Below the pieces are notes generated by a model. The model was not told the origin of the DNA. It worked only from the letters and a program-made list of their open reading frames with translations, and ran no database searches. The translations under genes and the position numbers were made by a program. A stretch of 64,000 nt of DNA from the NCBI RefSeq assembly GCF_004010195.1, contig NC_057720.1, forward strand, positions 22,713,206-22,777,205, written 5' to 3'. Shown in pieces: positions 26,350-39,660 of the stretch. Source of the stretch: Chiloscyllium plagiosum. Its lineage: Eukaryota. Position 1 is the first letter of the stretch, and the number at the start of each line of letters is the position of its first letter.

Positions 26350-27967
26350 ATTCCATGCTCATCATTAGATTCTTAGTTCCGTACTTTTAATTGAATTCAT
26401 ATTTCACCATCTACCATGGCAGGATTTGAACTCAGGCCCGCGGATCCTTACCAGGGTCTCTGGATTAAAAGTCTAATGATAGACATTAAGCCATTGCCTC
26501 TCTGAGGTGTAGTTAACATTGATATCAAGCAGCACCTGCTGACTGACCCCAAGTTTGTGTTCTGCTAGGGCCACTCGGCTCCTGACCTCATTACAGCCTT
26601 GGTCAAACAGGACAAAAGAGTTGAATACCAGAGGTCAAGTGAGAGTGACAGCCTGTAACATCAAGGCTGTACATGACTGAGTGTGGCATCAAGGAATTCT
26701 AGCGTAACTGGAATCATTGAGAACTCTCCATATATCCAGTCATACATGGAACTCTCCATGTATCCAGTCATACATGGCACAAAAAAATGGTCATGGGTGT
26801 TGAAGGTCAGTCATGCCTGCAGGAGTTCCTCTGGGTAGTGTCCTCAGTCCAACCATTATAGATAGTTCATCAAAAGCATCTCTCTTCATCATAAGGGAAT
26901 CATCAGAAGTACGGGAGGGTCATTAGGATCTATCATGGATCAGAAACCGAATGGGACTGGTCATCTAAGCACTGTGGCCACAAGAGCAGTTCAGAGTCTA
27001 GGAATCTTAATGAATAACTCACCTCTGACTCCAAAAGCCTGCCCACCATCTACAAGGCACAAATCAGGAGTGTGTTGATATACTCTTTTATTTTGCCCGC
27101 ATGAGCAAAGTTCCAAGAACACTCCAGATACTTCATATCATCAAGGACAAAGCATCCTACTTGATTGGTGCTGCATGTACAAACATTCACTCCTTCCATC
27201 AGCGATGTTCAGTAATGGCAGTGTGTAATATCTACAAGATGCATTGCAGAAGTTCACCAAGACTCTGTGGACAGCACCTTATAAACACATGACCTAGAAG
27301 GACAAGGGAGCAGATACATCAAAGCACCACCACCAGCAAATTCCCTTCCATGTCACTAATCATCCTGACTGGTTCCTTCAATGTTGCTGTGTCAAAATCC
27401 TGGAACCCTGTCCCTAACAACACAGTGACTAGACTCTCGCAGTTGTCAAAGGCAGTCAACCCCTGCCTTCTCAAGGGCAACTAGAGATGGGGAATAAATG
27501 CTGGCCCAGTCAGTGAAGCTGCCATATGTGGAATGAATTTTAAAAAAAGTAAAGTGGCAGAGCTATCAGTAAAGTTATGCATCAGTCCTACAAGATATTG
27601 AGCTTCAGTATCATAGACATAACTAATAGACGTACAGTGAGTAACTACTAAACTTTGCATTGTTGGGAAACCATCAAATTTTCCTCATTTCATGGCTCTT
27701 TATATTTGGAGTTGGTCCAGTTTAGTTTCTCATGAGTTGTGAATCTAAAATTGTTGGAATGCATTGATGAAGGTTAGAAACTCCTTAATGTTTGAAATAG
27801 CCATCATCAGGCACTTAACTATCAGTTGTGAACCAGGCTTGGGTGCTATCCAGTGCTTCTACTAGCTGGTACAGGATGCTTTTCTTCAAAGCTATTGTGA
27901 GTAAAGAAAACGCTACACAGCAGAAAAAGAAATCACTTCCTTGATGTTGAGTGATAATGTACTAATA

Positions 27968-28750
27968 ATTTTTTAAAAATTCATTCACCGGATTTGGGCA
28001 TCACCAGTTAGGCCAGCATTTATTGCCCATTCCCAAAGGGCAGTTAAGAGTCAACCACATTGCTGTGGATCTGGAGTCACAGGGTGTAGGACCATTCGAC
28101 GCAGCCACTTTGGCGCGAGCGATTCGGCGCGGCCGGTTTGGCGCAGCCCATTTAGGCGCCAAACTGTTTCGGTGCAGCTCATTTTAATTCCTTTCCAGGC
28201 TGAGTTAAAAGCATTAATGAAAGCAATAAAAAGAAATATAATGTTTATCCTCTTTAGTAATAATGTTAAAAAGAAAATAAAAATAAAAAACTTCCTTCTG
28301 CAGTTTCAGCAGCTTGTACTTTTATCTTTGAAATGACAGTATCTCTTTCCACCTTAGATGCCGAAGCTGCATGGGAATGTTCATTAATTTGTTTCACTAG
28401 GTCACCATTTATAACGTGAATTCGAGCTTTGCAAATGTCCTTCCTCTCACATCTCCAAAGCTTGTTATCTTATCAGCAGCATATCTATAAAATACGTATA
28501 TATAGCCGTCGCATGAGCACTTTTCCTTTCCACGTTTTGACAACAAAATTGTTGATGGCATTTTAATGGGTTATATTTTATTTTAATAATAACTACAAAC
28601 TACTGAATAACTACAAAACAGTTCTGCACCAAAATGGGTCTGTGCCAAAATGGGCTGCCCCAAACCGGCCGCGCCAAATGGTCCCACTCCGTGAGTCACA
28701 CGTAGGCCACACCAGGCAAGGATGGCCATTTCCTTCCCTTAAGGGTATTG
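27968..28750 (-). mobile_element. SacSINE1/DeuSINE-like SINE interrupted by MULE
   Basis: ggccagcatttattgccc tail; ctggagtcaca/cgtaggcc core resumes after the insertion. Confidence 0.75.
28082..28691 (-). mobile_element. Non-autonomous MULE/Mutator derivative retaining a FLYWCH domain
   Basis: Imperfect TIR gggtgtaggaccatt / aatggtcccactccg; subterminal ttggcgc repeats; 8-9 bp TSD gagtcaca; MPSTILLSKRGK..DGYIY../WRCERKDICKARIH..NEHSH from ATG at 28561. Confidence 0.85.
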
Positions 28751-28751
28751 C

Positions 28752-29540
28752 TTCACTGATGTAGTAAAGACTCCAGAGTCAAGTGTATTTGCTGACACAA
28801 CACTGCCATGATCCCCTGCAACTCGCGGTCACAACAATCTTCTGTTGGTTTAAAGTTGAAATCTAGACACGAGCGGCATTTGCTTTTGACACATTCCCAT
28901 CTGTTACTGACCAGTCTTCTAAGTACATCTTTGTGCCACAGTAAAGCAAATACGATCTTGATGCCAAACATTTTAGTCAGATAGTTCCTTGAAAACTGAA
29001 GTCATCATTAATGAATAGGTGTTGCTTGATTCATTCTGTCACTCAACTGATGAATGGAGAAAATAACAACAAGAGAAACCTAACCTGAACGGAAAATTAG
29101 CATTTGGTTTAATTTCGGTGGGACATACTCATCAACAGCAAAGCACCAGAGTGCCTTGATCTAATCTTTAAAATCTCAAACAAAAATTATACAATTCCAT
29201 ATAATTAAGTGTCCTAACGGTGCAGGGGTTTTCTTTACATTGTAAGAGGTATGTTTTGCAGCATTGCAATTTCTCCAAAAGCTCTATTTCAAAGTTCTAT
29301 TGCAAAATAGATTGATTTTGCTCCTTGCTTCAATAATGGCTCTGAATTTGCAGCAAATACAATGTCATGTGAACACTACACAATGTCATTATTTTATAAA
29401 GTAGCCAGCACTGGCGATGATGTTGACATACCACCATGAATTTCAAATTGTCATTGGTTTCTGCTACTTTGCCGTCTGCTTTTTGAAAGCGACTTCTGAC
29501 CTTCGAACTTACTGAATATTTTTGTAAAGTAATTGTATTA
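28752..29540 (-). mobile_element. Possible Academ-like N-terminal relic
   Basis: HHRQCW, EYVPPKL, YLTKMFGIKIVF, DFNF..DCCDREL resemble Academ motifs from memory; order imperfect. Confidence 0.3.
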
Positions 29541-29545
29541 TCATA

Positions 29546-31454
29546 CAGCAAGTGTGTGGCGGACTGCATACCAAGGAAGTCAATCTGGGTGTTTACCAAC
29601 AGAAAACCCGAGAATTAGGATGTACAGAAACTGCTAAAAACCAGGTGTGAGGCCTTCAGGTCAGCAGACCCACTCAAATATAAGGAATCCAAGTATGACT
29701 TTCACAGAACCATTGAGTCGGCCGAGAACCAACACAGATCCAAACTAGAGACTCAGACAGACTATGGCAAGGACTGAATGACATCACAGGTTCTAAAAAG
29801 AGATGGTGCACGATAGCAGATGATGACATATCCCTCCCAGATCGTCTCAACGCCTGCTATGCTCACTTTAAGCAGTATTTCGGCGGAGAGGTAACACCTA
29901 TTTCAACACGTCCTGACGAATCTATCCCAACAGTCACTGCATCAGCGATCAGATCAGTTTCCCTTCGTGTGAATCCAAGGAAAGCGATGGGACCAGACGG
30001 AATACCAGGCCGTGCACTCAGGGCATGCACAGATCAACTGGCAGACATCTTCAACCTCTCCCTTCAGCAGGCTACTGTCCCTGCCTGTTTCAAGAGGGCC
30101 AACATCATCCCTGTGCCTAAGAAGACTCATGCAGCATGTCTCAATGACTACCGCCCAGTGGCCCTAACTTTGGCGGTTGTGAAGTGCTTTGAAAAGCTGG
30201 TCATGGCATTAATCAACTCCAGCCTCCCCACTACTCTTGACCCATTCCAATTTGCCTATCGGAACAACAGATCCACATCAGATGCCTTATCACTTGCCCT
30301 TCACTCCTCCCTTGAACATCTTGACACCAAGAACAGCTACGTAAGATTCCTAATCATTGAATACAGTTCAACCTTCAAGACTATTATCCCCTCGAGACTG
30401 ATTACTAAACTTAGTGATCTCGGACTAAGTCCCACTCTCTGCAACTGTATCCTCAGTTTCCTGACCCACAGGCCACAATCAGTGAAGATTGGGGACAATA
30501 TTTCACCCTCTCTAACACTGGAACCCCCCAGGGGTACATACTCAGCCCTCTACTGTACTCACTGTATACCCATGACTGCGTCGCCAAATGCCAGACTAAT
30601 GCCATTTACAAATTCACTGATGACACCACCATAGTCAGTCAAATATCAGACAGCGATGAAACAGATTACATATGGGAGGTGGAAGACCTGGAAAAATGGT
30701 GCACTGAGAACAACACGGCTGTCAATGCCGGCAAAACCAAGGAACTCATTATTGACTTTCAGCAGGATACTACTAATGCCACCCTACACATTAACAGAAC
30801 AGAGGTGGAACGAGTGGAGAGTGTCAAGTTCTTGGGAGTGGTCATCCACAACAAGCTTTCTTGGACTCTTCATGTGGATGCACTGGTTACAAAGGCCCAA
30901 CATCTCTTCTTCCTCAGGCAGCTGAGGAAACTTGGCATGATGGCGAATACCCTTACCAACTTTTATAGGTGTGCCACCAAGAGCACTCTGTAGGATGTAT
31001 CGCTACTTGGTATGGCAACTCTACCATTCAAGATCGGAGAGAATACAGAAAGTGGTGAACTCGGCCTGGACAATCACAAAGCCCAACCTCCCATCTGCAG
31101 AATGAATCTACCAGGCCCGCTGCAAAGGAAAGGCCGCTAGCATTCTCAAAGATCCATCCCACCCTGGCAACGTTTTTCTACAACCTCTAGCATCAGGGAA
31201 AAGGTACAGAAGCCTGAACATATGCACCAGCCGGTTTCAAAACAGTTTCTATCATACTATTGTTAGAATCTTGAATAGACTCACAAACTCTTAACATTCG
31301 CCTGTACCTCTGTTTTTATCTTTGCTGCTGTTTACCCATTATTTACTTATCTATGCTACTTAACTCTGTGATCTGCCTGTATTGCTCACAAGACAAAGCT
31401 TTTCACTGTGCCTCTGTACACGTGATAATAAATTCAATTCAATTCAATTCAATT
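29546..31454 (+). mobile_element. Rex1/Babar LINE, 5'-truncated
   Basis: PRKAMGPDGIPGRALRAC, LNDYRPVALT, LDPFQFAYRNNRST, FTDDTT, VERVESVKFLGV; (AATTC)n tail 31429-31454. Confidence 0.92.
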
Positions 31455-31571
31455 TCCCATTACTCTTGTCAAAAACTAAGTGTAGAATTAATAGCTTAAG
31501 TACTGTTATCAATGTGATGATTGTTAATGACTGTCAATCAATCTTGTAATCCAAGAAAGTGAGCAATGAAT

Positions 31572-34300
31572 TATAGAACATAGGCCATAGAACAGTACAG
31601 CACAGTACAGACCTTTTGGCCCTCAATGTTGTGCCAGCTTTTCATCCCATTCTAAGATCAGACTAACCTGCAGACCCTTCATTTTGCTATTTTTCATGTG
31701 CCTATCCAAGTATCGCTTAAATGTATCTGTCGCCTAATATATCTGACTCTAAGATCCCTCTGTTCCTCCTTAAAGAATTCTGCCTTTAACTCTGTGACCT
31801 GCATTCAAATTATACCTTCGAAAGTGAATCATTTTACACTTTTCCAGGTTGAACTCTATCTGCCCAACTCTGCATCTTGTCAATGTCTCATTGCAACCTA
31901 CATAGAGCATAGAACATTACAATGCAGTACAGGCCCTTCGGCCCTGTGCCAACCTGTGGAACCAATTTGAAGCCCATCTATCCAACATTATTCCATTCTC
32001 ATCCATGTGCCGACCTAATGACCATTTCAATGCCCTTAAAATTGGCGAGTCTACTACTGTTGCAGGCAGTGCGTTCCATGCCCCTACTACTTTCTGAGTA
32101 AAGAAACTATCTCTGACATCTGTCCTATATCTATCACCCTCAATTTAAAGCTATGTCCCCTCGTGCTAGCCATCACCATCCGAGGAAAAAGGTTTTCACT
32201 ATTCACCCTATCTAACCCTCTGATTATCTTTTATGTCTCAATTAAGTCATCTCTCAACCTTCTCCTCTCGAGTGAAACAGCCTCAAGTCCCTCAGTCTTT
32301 CCTCATAAGTTCTTCCCTCTGTACCAGGCAGGGAAATCTCTAGTAATCTCTTCTGAACCCTTTCCAAAACCTGCACATCCTTCTGATAATGCAGTGGCCA
32401 AAACTGTATGCAATACTCCAAATGTGGTCACACCAGAATTTTATACGGGTGCAGCACAATCTCATGGTTACGAAACTCAATCCTTCAACCAATAAAAGCT
32501 AACACACCATATGCCTTCTTAACAACCCTATCAACCTTCAAGGATCTATGAACCTGGACACCAAGATCTCTCTGCTCACTGATACTACCAAGAATCTTAT
32601 CATTAGCCCAGTAATCCACATTGCTGTTACTCCTTCCAAAGTGAATCATCTCACACTTTTCCACATTAAACTCCATTTACCATCTTTCAGCCCAGCTCTG
32701 CAGCTTATTAATATCCCTCTGTAACCTACAACATTTTTTGGCACTATCCTTAACTCCACCGAGCTTAGCGTCATTCGCAAATTTACTAACCCATCCTGCT
32801 CTGCCCTCATCCAGGTAATTTATAAAAATGACAAACAGCAGTGGAGCCAAAACAGATCCTTGTGGTACCCCACAGGTAAGTGAACTCCAGGATGAATATT
32901 TCCCTATCAACCACCACATCCTGTCTTCTTTCAGCTAGCCAAGTTCTGATCCAAACTGTTAAATCACCCTCAATCCCATGCATCTGTATTTTGTGCATTA
33001 GCCTACTGTGGGGAACCTTATCAAACACCTTACTGAAATCCACATACACCACATCAACCACTTCACCTTCATCCACCTTCTCAAAGAACTCAATAAGGTT
33101 TGTGAGGCACGAACTACCCTTCACAAAACCATGTTGACTATCTCTAATTAACTTATTCCTTTCTAGATGATTATAAATCCTATCTCTTATAACCCTTTCC
33201 AACACTTTACCCACAACCGAATGCTCAACGTTGATAATTTCCAGGGTTATCGCTACACACCTTCTTGAACAAGAGAACAACATTTGCCATCCTCCAGTCT
33301 TCTGGCACTATTCGTGTAGTCAATGATGACAGAAAGATCAAAGCCAAAAGGCCCAGCAATCTCCTCCCTGGCTTCCCAGAGAATCCTAGAATAAACCCCA
33401 TCATTATAACCAAAATGTTCTCCCACCTAGAGATCTGACACCCGCATGGCTCGTTGTGAAACACCAAATCCAATATGGCCTCCCCGCTAGTCGGCCTATC
33501 TACTGCTCCATCTAAACTATTTGAATTAAGGAAGTTCCAATCAATATTAGGGAAGTTAAAGCCACCCATGACAACAACCCTGTTACTTCTACATCTTCCT
33601 AAAATCTGACCCCCAATCTGCTCCTCTGTGTCTCTGTTGTTACTGTGGGGCCTGCAGAACACGCCAAATAAGGTGACGGCTCCTTTCCTGTCTGTCTTCC
33701 ACCCATACTGACTCTGTAGAAAAAGCCTCCTCGACAACCTCACGTTCTGCAGCTATGATACTATCCTGATTAGCAATGCCACTCTTCCACCTCTTTTATC
33801 TCCCCACCCCCACCCACATTCTTTTTCAAACATCTAAATCCTGGTACATCCAACAATCAATCCTGAACCTGTGATATCCAAATCTCCCTCATCGCCACAC
33901 TATCATAGTGGATGGGCAGCATGGTGGGCGAGTGGTTAGCAGTGCTGCCTCACAGCGCCAGGGACCTGGGTTCGAGTCCCATCTTGGGCAACTGTCTGTG
34001 TGGAGTTTGCACATTCTTTGTGTGGGTGTTTGTGTGGGTTTCCTCCCACAATCCAAAGATGTGCAGGTTAGGTCAATTGGCCATGCTAAATTGCCCATAG
34101 TGTTAGGTGTATTAGTCAGGGGTAAATATAGGGTAGGGCAATGGGTCTGGGTGGGCTACTCTTCAGAGGGTCAATGTGGATTTGTTGGGCCCAAGGGCCT
34201 GTTTCCACACTTTAGGGAATCTACTCTTATCTAATCATTGTTCCAAGTACTGAACTCTGAGTTTGTCACCCATATTCCTAATACTTTTTGCAAATATGTC
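31572..34300 (-). mobile_element. CR1 LINEs (short 3' fragment plus long EN-RT fragment)
   Basis: VVVMGGFNFPNIDW, VPEDWRMANV, SQHGFVKGSSCLTNLIEFFE, GVPQGSVL, MEFNVEKCEMIHFG. Confidence 0.93.
33913..34235 (+). mobile_element. HE1/V-SINE
   Basis: Head, V-domain and taatc tail. Confidence 0.9.
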
Positions 34301-34672
34301 GTGTTACATTCCTTAGGTCATGAATTGTTGAAGATTTTAAACATTTTTTTTTCTCCATTAACTTTCCTTTTTGTCTCTTTTTTCCTCGCTCTTCATTGAG
34401 TCTTTCTTTTTCTCTCTTTCTGTGCTTGTTACATTGAATTCACCCATTTAATCCACCCTCCTCAATAACGTTTCTATTGTTTGTTTCTCAATTTTAATAT
34501 CTCATTGACTTAAAAGATACACTTTTCACCACATTGCATACCCAAGTCCTGGATGTTTTGTTGACTTTGTCACTTCCTTATGAGCCTTCCAGCAGATTTG
34601 TGGTCAAAAGAATTAATGAATCTAAACTTATATGATAAAACTAACTCGTGGAATAGATAACAAGGTGCCGTG

Positions 34673-34986
34673 TGGGCAGCACGGTGGCACAGTGGTTAGC
34701 ACTGCTGCCTCACAGCGCCAGAGACCCGGGTTCAATTCCCGCCTCAGGCGACTGACTGTGTGGAGTTTGCACATTCTCCCCCTGTCTGCGTGGGTTTCCT
34801 CCGGGTGCTCCGGTTTCCTCCCACAGTCCAAAAGATGTGCAGGTCAGGTGAATTGGCCATGCTAAATTGCCTGTAGTGTTAGGTAAGGGGTAAATGTAGG
34901 GGTATGGGTGGGTTGCGCTTCGGCAGGGCGGTGTGGGGCCAAAGGGCCTGTTTCTACACTGTAAGTAATCTAATCTAATCTAATCT
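34673..34986 (+). mobile_element. HE1/V-SINE, young
   Basis: gggcagcacggtggcacagtggttagc, B box ggttcaattcc, (TAATC)4 tail, CpGs retained. Confidence 0.95.
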
Positions 34987-35039
34987 ATGCTCTCTAGCTA
35001 AATCTGGTCCAATATTGAATAAATATAACTCAGACATGA

Positions 35040-35290
35040 TATAGACAGCTAAATGATAAATAAACAGCACAATTGATTGAGAAAACATCCAGAACTAAAA
35101 TGAAGCAATGCAAAGGGGACAGTCAGGCCATTATTGGGATTTATCTTTTGAATCAAGAACATGCTGTGGAAGCTAAGTCTCTGCATAAGTTAGCCGGAGC
35201 CCATGATTATTGTCCAACAGGAACTCAACCCATGTGTGTGCAAGGTCTTGTTCATGGCATGAATTTGGCTACAATTCACTCTGGAAGTAA
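35040..35290 (+). mobile_element. Old Penelope-like GIY-YIG C-terminal relic
   Basis: IIGIYLLNQEHA ... QPMCVQGLVHGMNL resembles IGxHLLxNxxCA ... PxLCxQK. Confidence 0.35.
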
Positions 35291-35977
35291 AATTGGGAAT
35301 CTTATTCCAACAGGCCAAAGTATGATTGTGATGTTAAATAGAAAAATCACTAAGTGTAGTTGTTGCTGCTATGGTGAGCCAGAGCCAAGAGTCATATTGC
35401 TGGAGGAAAGTAAGGAGAGTTTTATTCTGCATGTGGTTCATGCAATATTCATCTCAGAATGTTTCATACTAATATTACATGCCAGGAGTGAAAAGGTTAA
35501 TGCTGAAGAGCAGAGGTCTCTCAAAATGAAAGCAACCAAAAGCACACAAAAATATTAGCTTTCAAAAGGATTAACCCTTTTAAAAGAGATAAGACAGTGG
35601 GATTGAGAATGTCTGACAACCTGTATGAAATTATTTCCTGGCGAAGATTCAAAACTTACAATTAAACTGGATAAGAAAATGAACAGCAGGAATTCATATT
35701 TTTGTATCTTTGAAGCTACAAGAACACATTATCACTTACAAGAGCAAAAGAACTTCATCAGATTTACAATTAGCATAGGACAATCAGTACAGCTGTGTGG
35801 AGCTGGTGGCACAGTTACACCATCTGCATCTTATAAACAAAAGAATACAGTTTTGGATGAGGGAGAAATAGGTTTGAGAAATTGGATTAGGTAGAACAAT
35901 ATTATTGTCTACATTGATATCATCCTTAACACTGGCCTCAACTTCAGCTGAGTATGCTTCAATGTTGGGCAAGACTA

Positions 35978-36300
35978 AGATTAGATTCTCTACAGTATGG
36001 AAACAGGCCATTTGGCCTAACAAATCCACACTAACTCTCTGATGAGTAACCCACCATGACCCATTCCCCATATTTGCTCCCGACTAATGCACCTAACACT
36101 ATGGGCAATTTAGCATGGTCAATTCACTTGGCCTGAACATCTTTGGATTGTGGGAGGAAACCAGAGCACCCACATGAAACCCACACAGACACGGGGAGAA
36201 TGTGCAAACTCCACACACACAGTTGCCTGAGGCTGGAATTGAACGCAGGTCCCTGATGCTGTGAGGCAGCAGTGCTAACCACTGAACCACTGTGTCGCCC
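35978..36300 (-). mobile_element. HE1/V-SINE
   Basis: Reverse-complement head and V-domain; agattagatt tail. Confidence 0.9.
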
Positions 36301-36890
36301 CAACGCCTACATGAAGTACAGACATCCATCTCCCACCAACCAGATGTTGCTGACTGTGGTAATGTGCCACCTTGTCCCGAAAGGAGAATCAGTGTGTTTG
36401 GCGAAATGTGTTTGGTTAATGTAGCTGTCATGGGTGAATAACTGACAATGAGTGCAGACGGTGAGATGTGAATGTGAGACAAGCAGCAGTACTAAATATG
36501 TGAGAGTAAGGTAAGGCTGCCAGTATAAAATATGAGTCATGCTCAATAAAGAATGACAGTCAGTGAGCAAAGGAGCTGGAGAATGGAGCAGTGGGTAAGG
36601 CTAGTGGTTTTCTTCGAAGGATATAATATTTGTAAGTTGCATTCAATTACCTTAAATCACTTGCATGAGGTTCTTCAATATCATCATGCCCTATATCCAA
36701 GTTATCTGGACTACACCGCTTGCATTTGGTAGCGAAGGCTGTCCAGTTGTACAGCCTTTACAATGTCTATGTGGAAGCCACTTAGGTCTCTTGCAGCTAG
36801 AGGATCACTCTCCACTATTGTCCATCTCCTGCCTCCATCATAGATCAACTAAACTTGGAGCATATTTTCTGTTCGCTGTTTAGTAATTAA
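36300..36890 (-). mobile_element. Possible Harbinger Myb/SANT-gene relic
   Basis: APSLVDL..QEMD ... LKNLMQVI followed by gtaatt; resembles APRFSD...KKFNDL first exon. Confidence 0.3.
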
Positions 36891-37155
36891 TTGAAAATTG
36901 ATGGTGGACATAAGTAGATACAGACTGAAACTGTGGTTGTTGAGTTAGGAGGTGCATGCTTGCATTGTGTAACTCTTACAAAAATATGTTGATTACACTG
37001 TGTGAAGATTGGATCCAGTTCTATCTTTCATCAAGGAGAAAAACAATATTCCTGCTGCATTATTTTCACTCAAGCACCTCCTGCAATCAGTGTGCACTTA
37101 CACTTTAAGACATGTCAGCGAAAGTTAAAGCAGCACTAATCATATTTCAGTGTTG

Positions 37156-37847
37156 TGTAATGAAGATGTGGGTATACCCTTAAAAGAGTTAAAAGCAGCA
37201 GAACTATCGGGCAGCACTAAGTCTTCTCAATCAGGCAACAATGTATGTAACACTGGGTTGAACAACTCAAGTAGTTCTTTGCCTGGAGACAAAAACAATA
37301 ATAGCCTGACAAAAATTATACCCCGATAAAAATACCAATTTCCAATTAAGTTTGAATTGAATATATTGACAATCTTAAAAGCCAATGACACAATCCGATG
37401 CTCTGGGGTATAACACCGGGGGGAAATTTAACAGTTGAGAGGTGAACTGCCTTGGCCCAGCAATGTGAACAGACTGCTTGAAAATAGCTCTCTCTTAAAA
37501 GTCCCTTTTCGATCAGTAACTTGTGATGCAGAAATTCCTAACAAGGAGAAAAGAAGTCACAAGATGATCTGAAGACAAGAACCTACAGCTGCCTGGTTTT
37601 GTAGATTTTAATTGGGAGTTTTATCGGATTAGTATTACAAAAGGGAAGCTAAAAGATAAGTTAGAGAAATAAATTGTAAATAGTGGTCAGTTAATTATTC
37701 TCTGTTGTACTTTAAGAAATAAAGCTGTTCACTTTTACTTTAAATAGCTCTTGTCCACTCAATTTTTACAGATTACTGCACGGGATAAATCTTTTCTGTT
37801 TTTGGTGGTTTTAAACTAAGCAGGAGGGTTTACCCTGTGTTGTAACA
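37156..37847 (+). mobile_element. Solo LTR (probably Gypsy)
   Basis: TGTAATGA...TGTAACA termini, CCAAT, TATAA, AATAAA at about 37718; TSD not clean. Confidence 0.65.
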
Positions 37848-38964
37848 AGTGTGAGCCTTGTATGAACATGCCCTGCTATCTGAGTGAGCATTGGGTCGCA
37901 TGCTACCATTCTTGAAACTAAGTTTTTCTTGCTGCCAGTTTCAACAATTAGGCATGCCCATTTCTGGGGCCATATCCAAATTTCAAATATATTCTTATTT
38001 ATATTATGGTGCAAAATTAAAAAAAAAATGTTTATTCATTGCTCTTATTTCAGGAATAAACCATATTCACTGCACTCATGGAAGTACAACAGCTATTTTC
38101 ATGCAGTAGAAAATGGACCTACACTGATAGCTTTAATAGAAATTAAAGACAGTACAAGAAGGAGCAGAGTATGAAAAATAATGAAATATCATAATAATTC
38201 ATGAGAAAAGGGATGTGCAACCGAATTAAAATTAATAATCTTACATTGTGCCAAAAATGCTTTTCTAAATCTATTTCAATCGTAGTTGATACAGCTATAA
38301 AAAAATAAAGTTCTTGGGTTACAAGGAACTTGCTATCACAAAGTGCTGCTGTGGTAACTAGCATAGATGGCATTAAATGAATTATAGGAGACTATGTAAA
38401 GGAGATTTATCCTGGTGAAGTGAAATGAAAAGGGGCGTTTAAGCATCAGTATAGATCAGGTAGGCCAAAAGGCATGTTTCTGCATTGTAAATTCTATATA
38501 AATGTAGATCCGTGTATCTCCTGTATCAAAAATTGCAAGTGGCTTCTTGTTTGTCTCTGGAGGACCAAGTTAATTTTCTGCTCCTTCGTCTCTTTTCCAC
38601 AGAACTGCAAAGTGTCACTTTTCAGAGCTACAATCAATCTAGTTCACAGAGAATCCACTTTAACACAAATCACTCCGGTACAACTGCACATCTGACTTAC
38701 TTCCAGTTGATCAAGCTTGGTCTATCTCTCCAAAAGTACATAAATAAAAGGAAGCAACTCACTTTTTGAAAAGGAATCAGACTCTGCAAAGCTACCAATT
38801 CATAATTCATACGTCATAGATGAGGTTGGTTTCAAAATATTCAAATGCTATAACTTAGCTTGTTCACATGATATTTTGTTAACGATGCAATCAGTTGCAA
38901 ATTCTTGTTCTTACAACTTCACAACTCTGTTCAATATACCACATCATAACATGTGCCTTGTTTT

Positions 38965-39660
38965 CATAGAATTATTCAGTATACAGAAGTGGCCTTTCAG
39001 CCCATTGGGTTTGTAGCACCAAAAAGATACTAGTCCCACTTTCCCACACTCATAGGCCCAATAGGCTTGAATGTTATGATACTTCAAGTGCTCTTCCAAG
39101 TATATTTTAAGGATTATAAGGTTTCCTGCCTCATCAATCCTCCCCAGCAGATCCCCCATCACTTCCTGGTGAAGGAGCTTTTCCTCAAATCCCCTCAAAA
39201 CTTCTTAATCTTCACTTTAAAATTTTACCCATTTTGTTAATGATCCTTTGACTAAGGAGAACAGCTTCTTTCTATTCACCCTGTCAATGCCCCTCAAAAT
39301 CCCATATGCCTCTATCAGATATCCCCCTTCTCTGCTTCAAAGAAACCAACCCAAGCTGAAATGCTCCATCCCAGGCAACACCCGAGTGAATCACCTCTGC
39401 ACCCCCTCCAGTACAATCATATCCTATCTACAGTTTGAGGACAAGAACTGCACTCAGTACTCCAGCTGTGGACTAACCAAAGTTCTGTACAGCTCCACCA
39501 TGATTTTGTTACTTTAACTGGTAAAGGCAAGTGTACCATCTACCTTGTTAACTAAGCTATTAATTTATTTTGCCACGTTCAAGAATCTGTGGTAAATACC
39601 CTAACATCCCTCTGTTCCTTTGAGCTTCCTACAGCCTTGCCATTCATTGATTACTCCCAT
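38965..39660 (-). mobile_element. CR1 3' fragment
   Basis: LYRTLVSPQLEY*VQF motif, EAGNLIILKIYLEEHLK. Confidence 0.8.

Larger units (their letters stand above)
25360..26502 (-). mobile_element. tRNA-derived SINE (SacSINE1/DeuSINE-like) split by a PLE fragment and an LTR
   Basis: tRNA head with B box gagttcaaatcc near 26415-26500; core ggtttccttctccgaaggacattagtgaac. Confidence 0.7.
24890..27548 (+). mobile_element. Crack/L2-like (CR1 superclade) LINE, decayed, with nested inserts
   Basis: GPVNIPAIPLKICA, QDKSNQANYRP, DIKA..D*VWHQG, GVPLGSVL, TIYKAQIRS; 3' end aataaatgctggcc...gaatgaatttaaaaaa. Confidence 0.75.

Noticed and set aside
28090..28180. Short CpG-rich repeats resembling a CRISPR or iteron array
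   Set aside because: No unique spacers; these are MULE subterminal repeats in a vertebrate genome
34673..34745. tRNA-like A/B boxes
   Set aside because: SINE heads, not tRNA genes
38601..38700. Strong plus-strand acceptor tcttttccacag
   Set aside because: No good donor and no recognisable peptide
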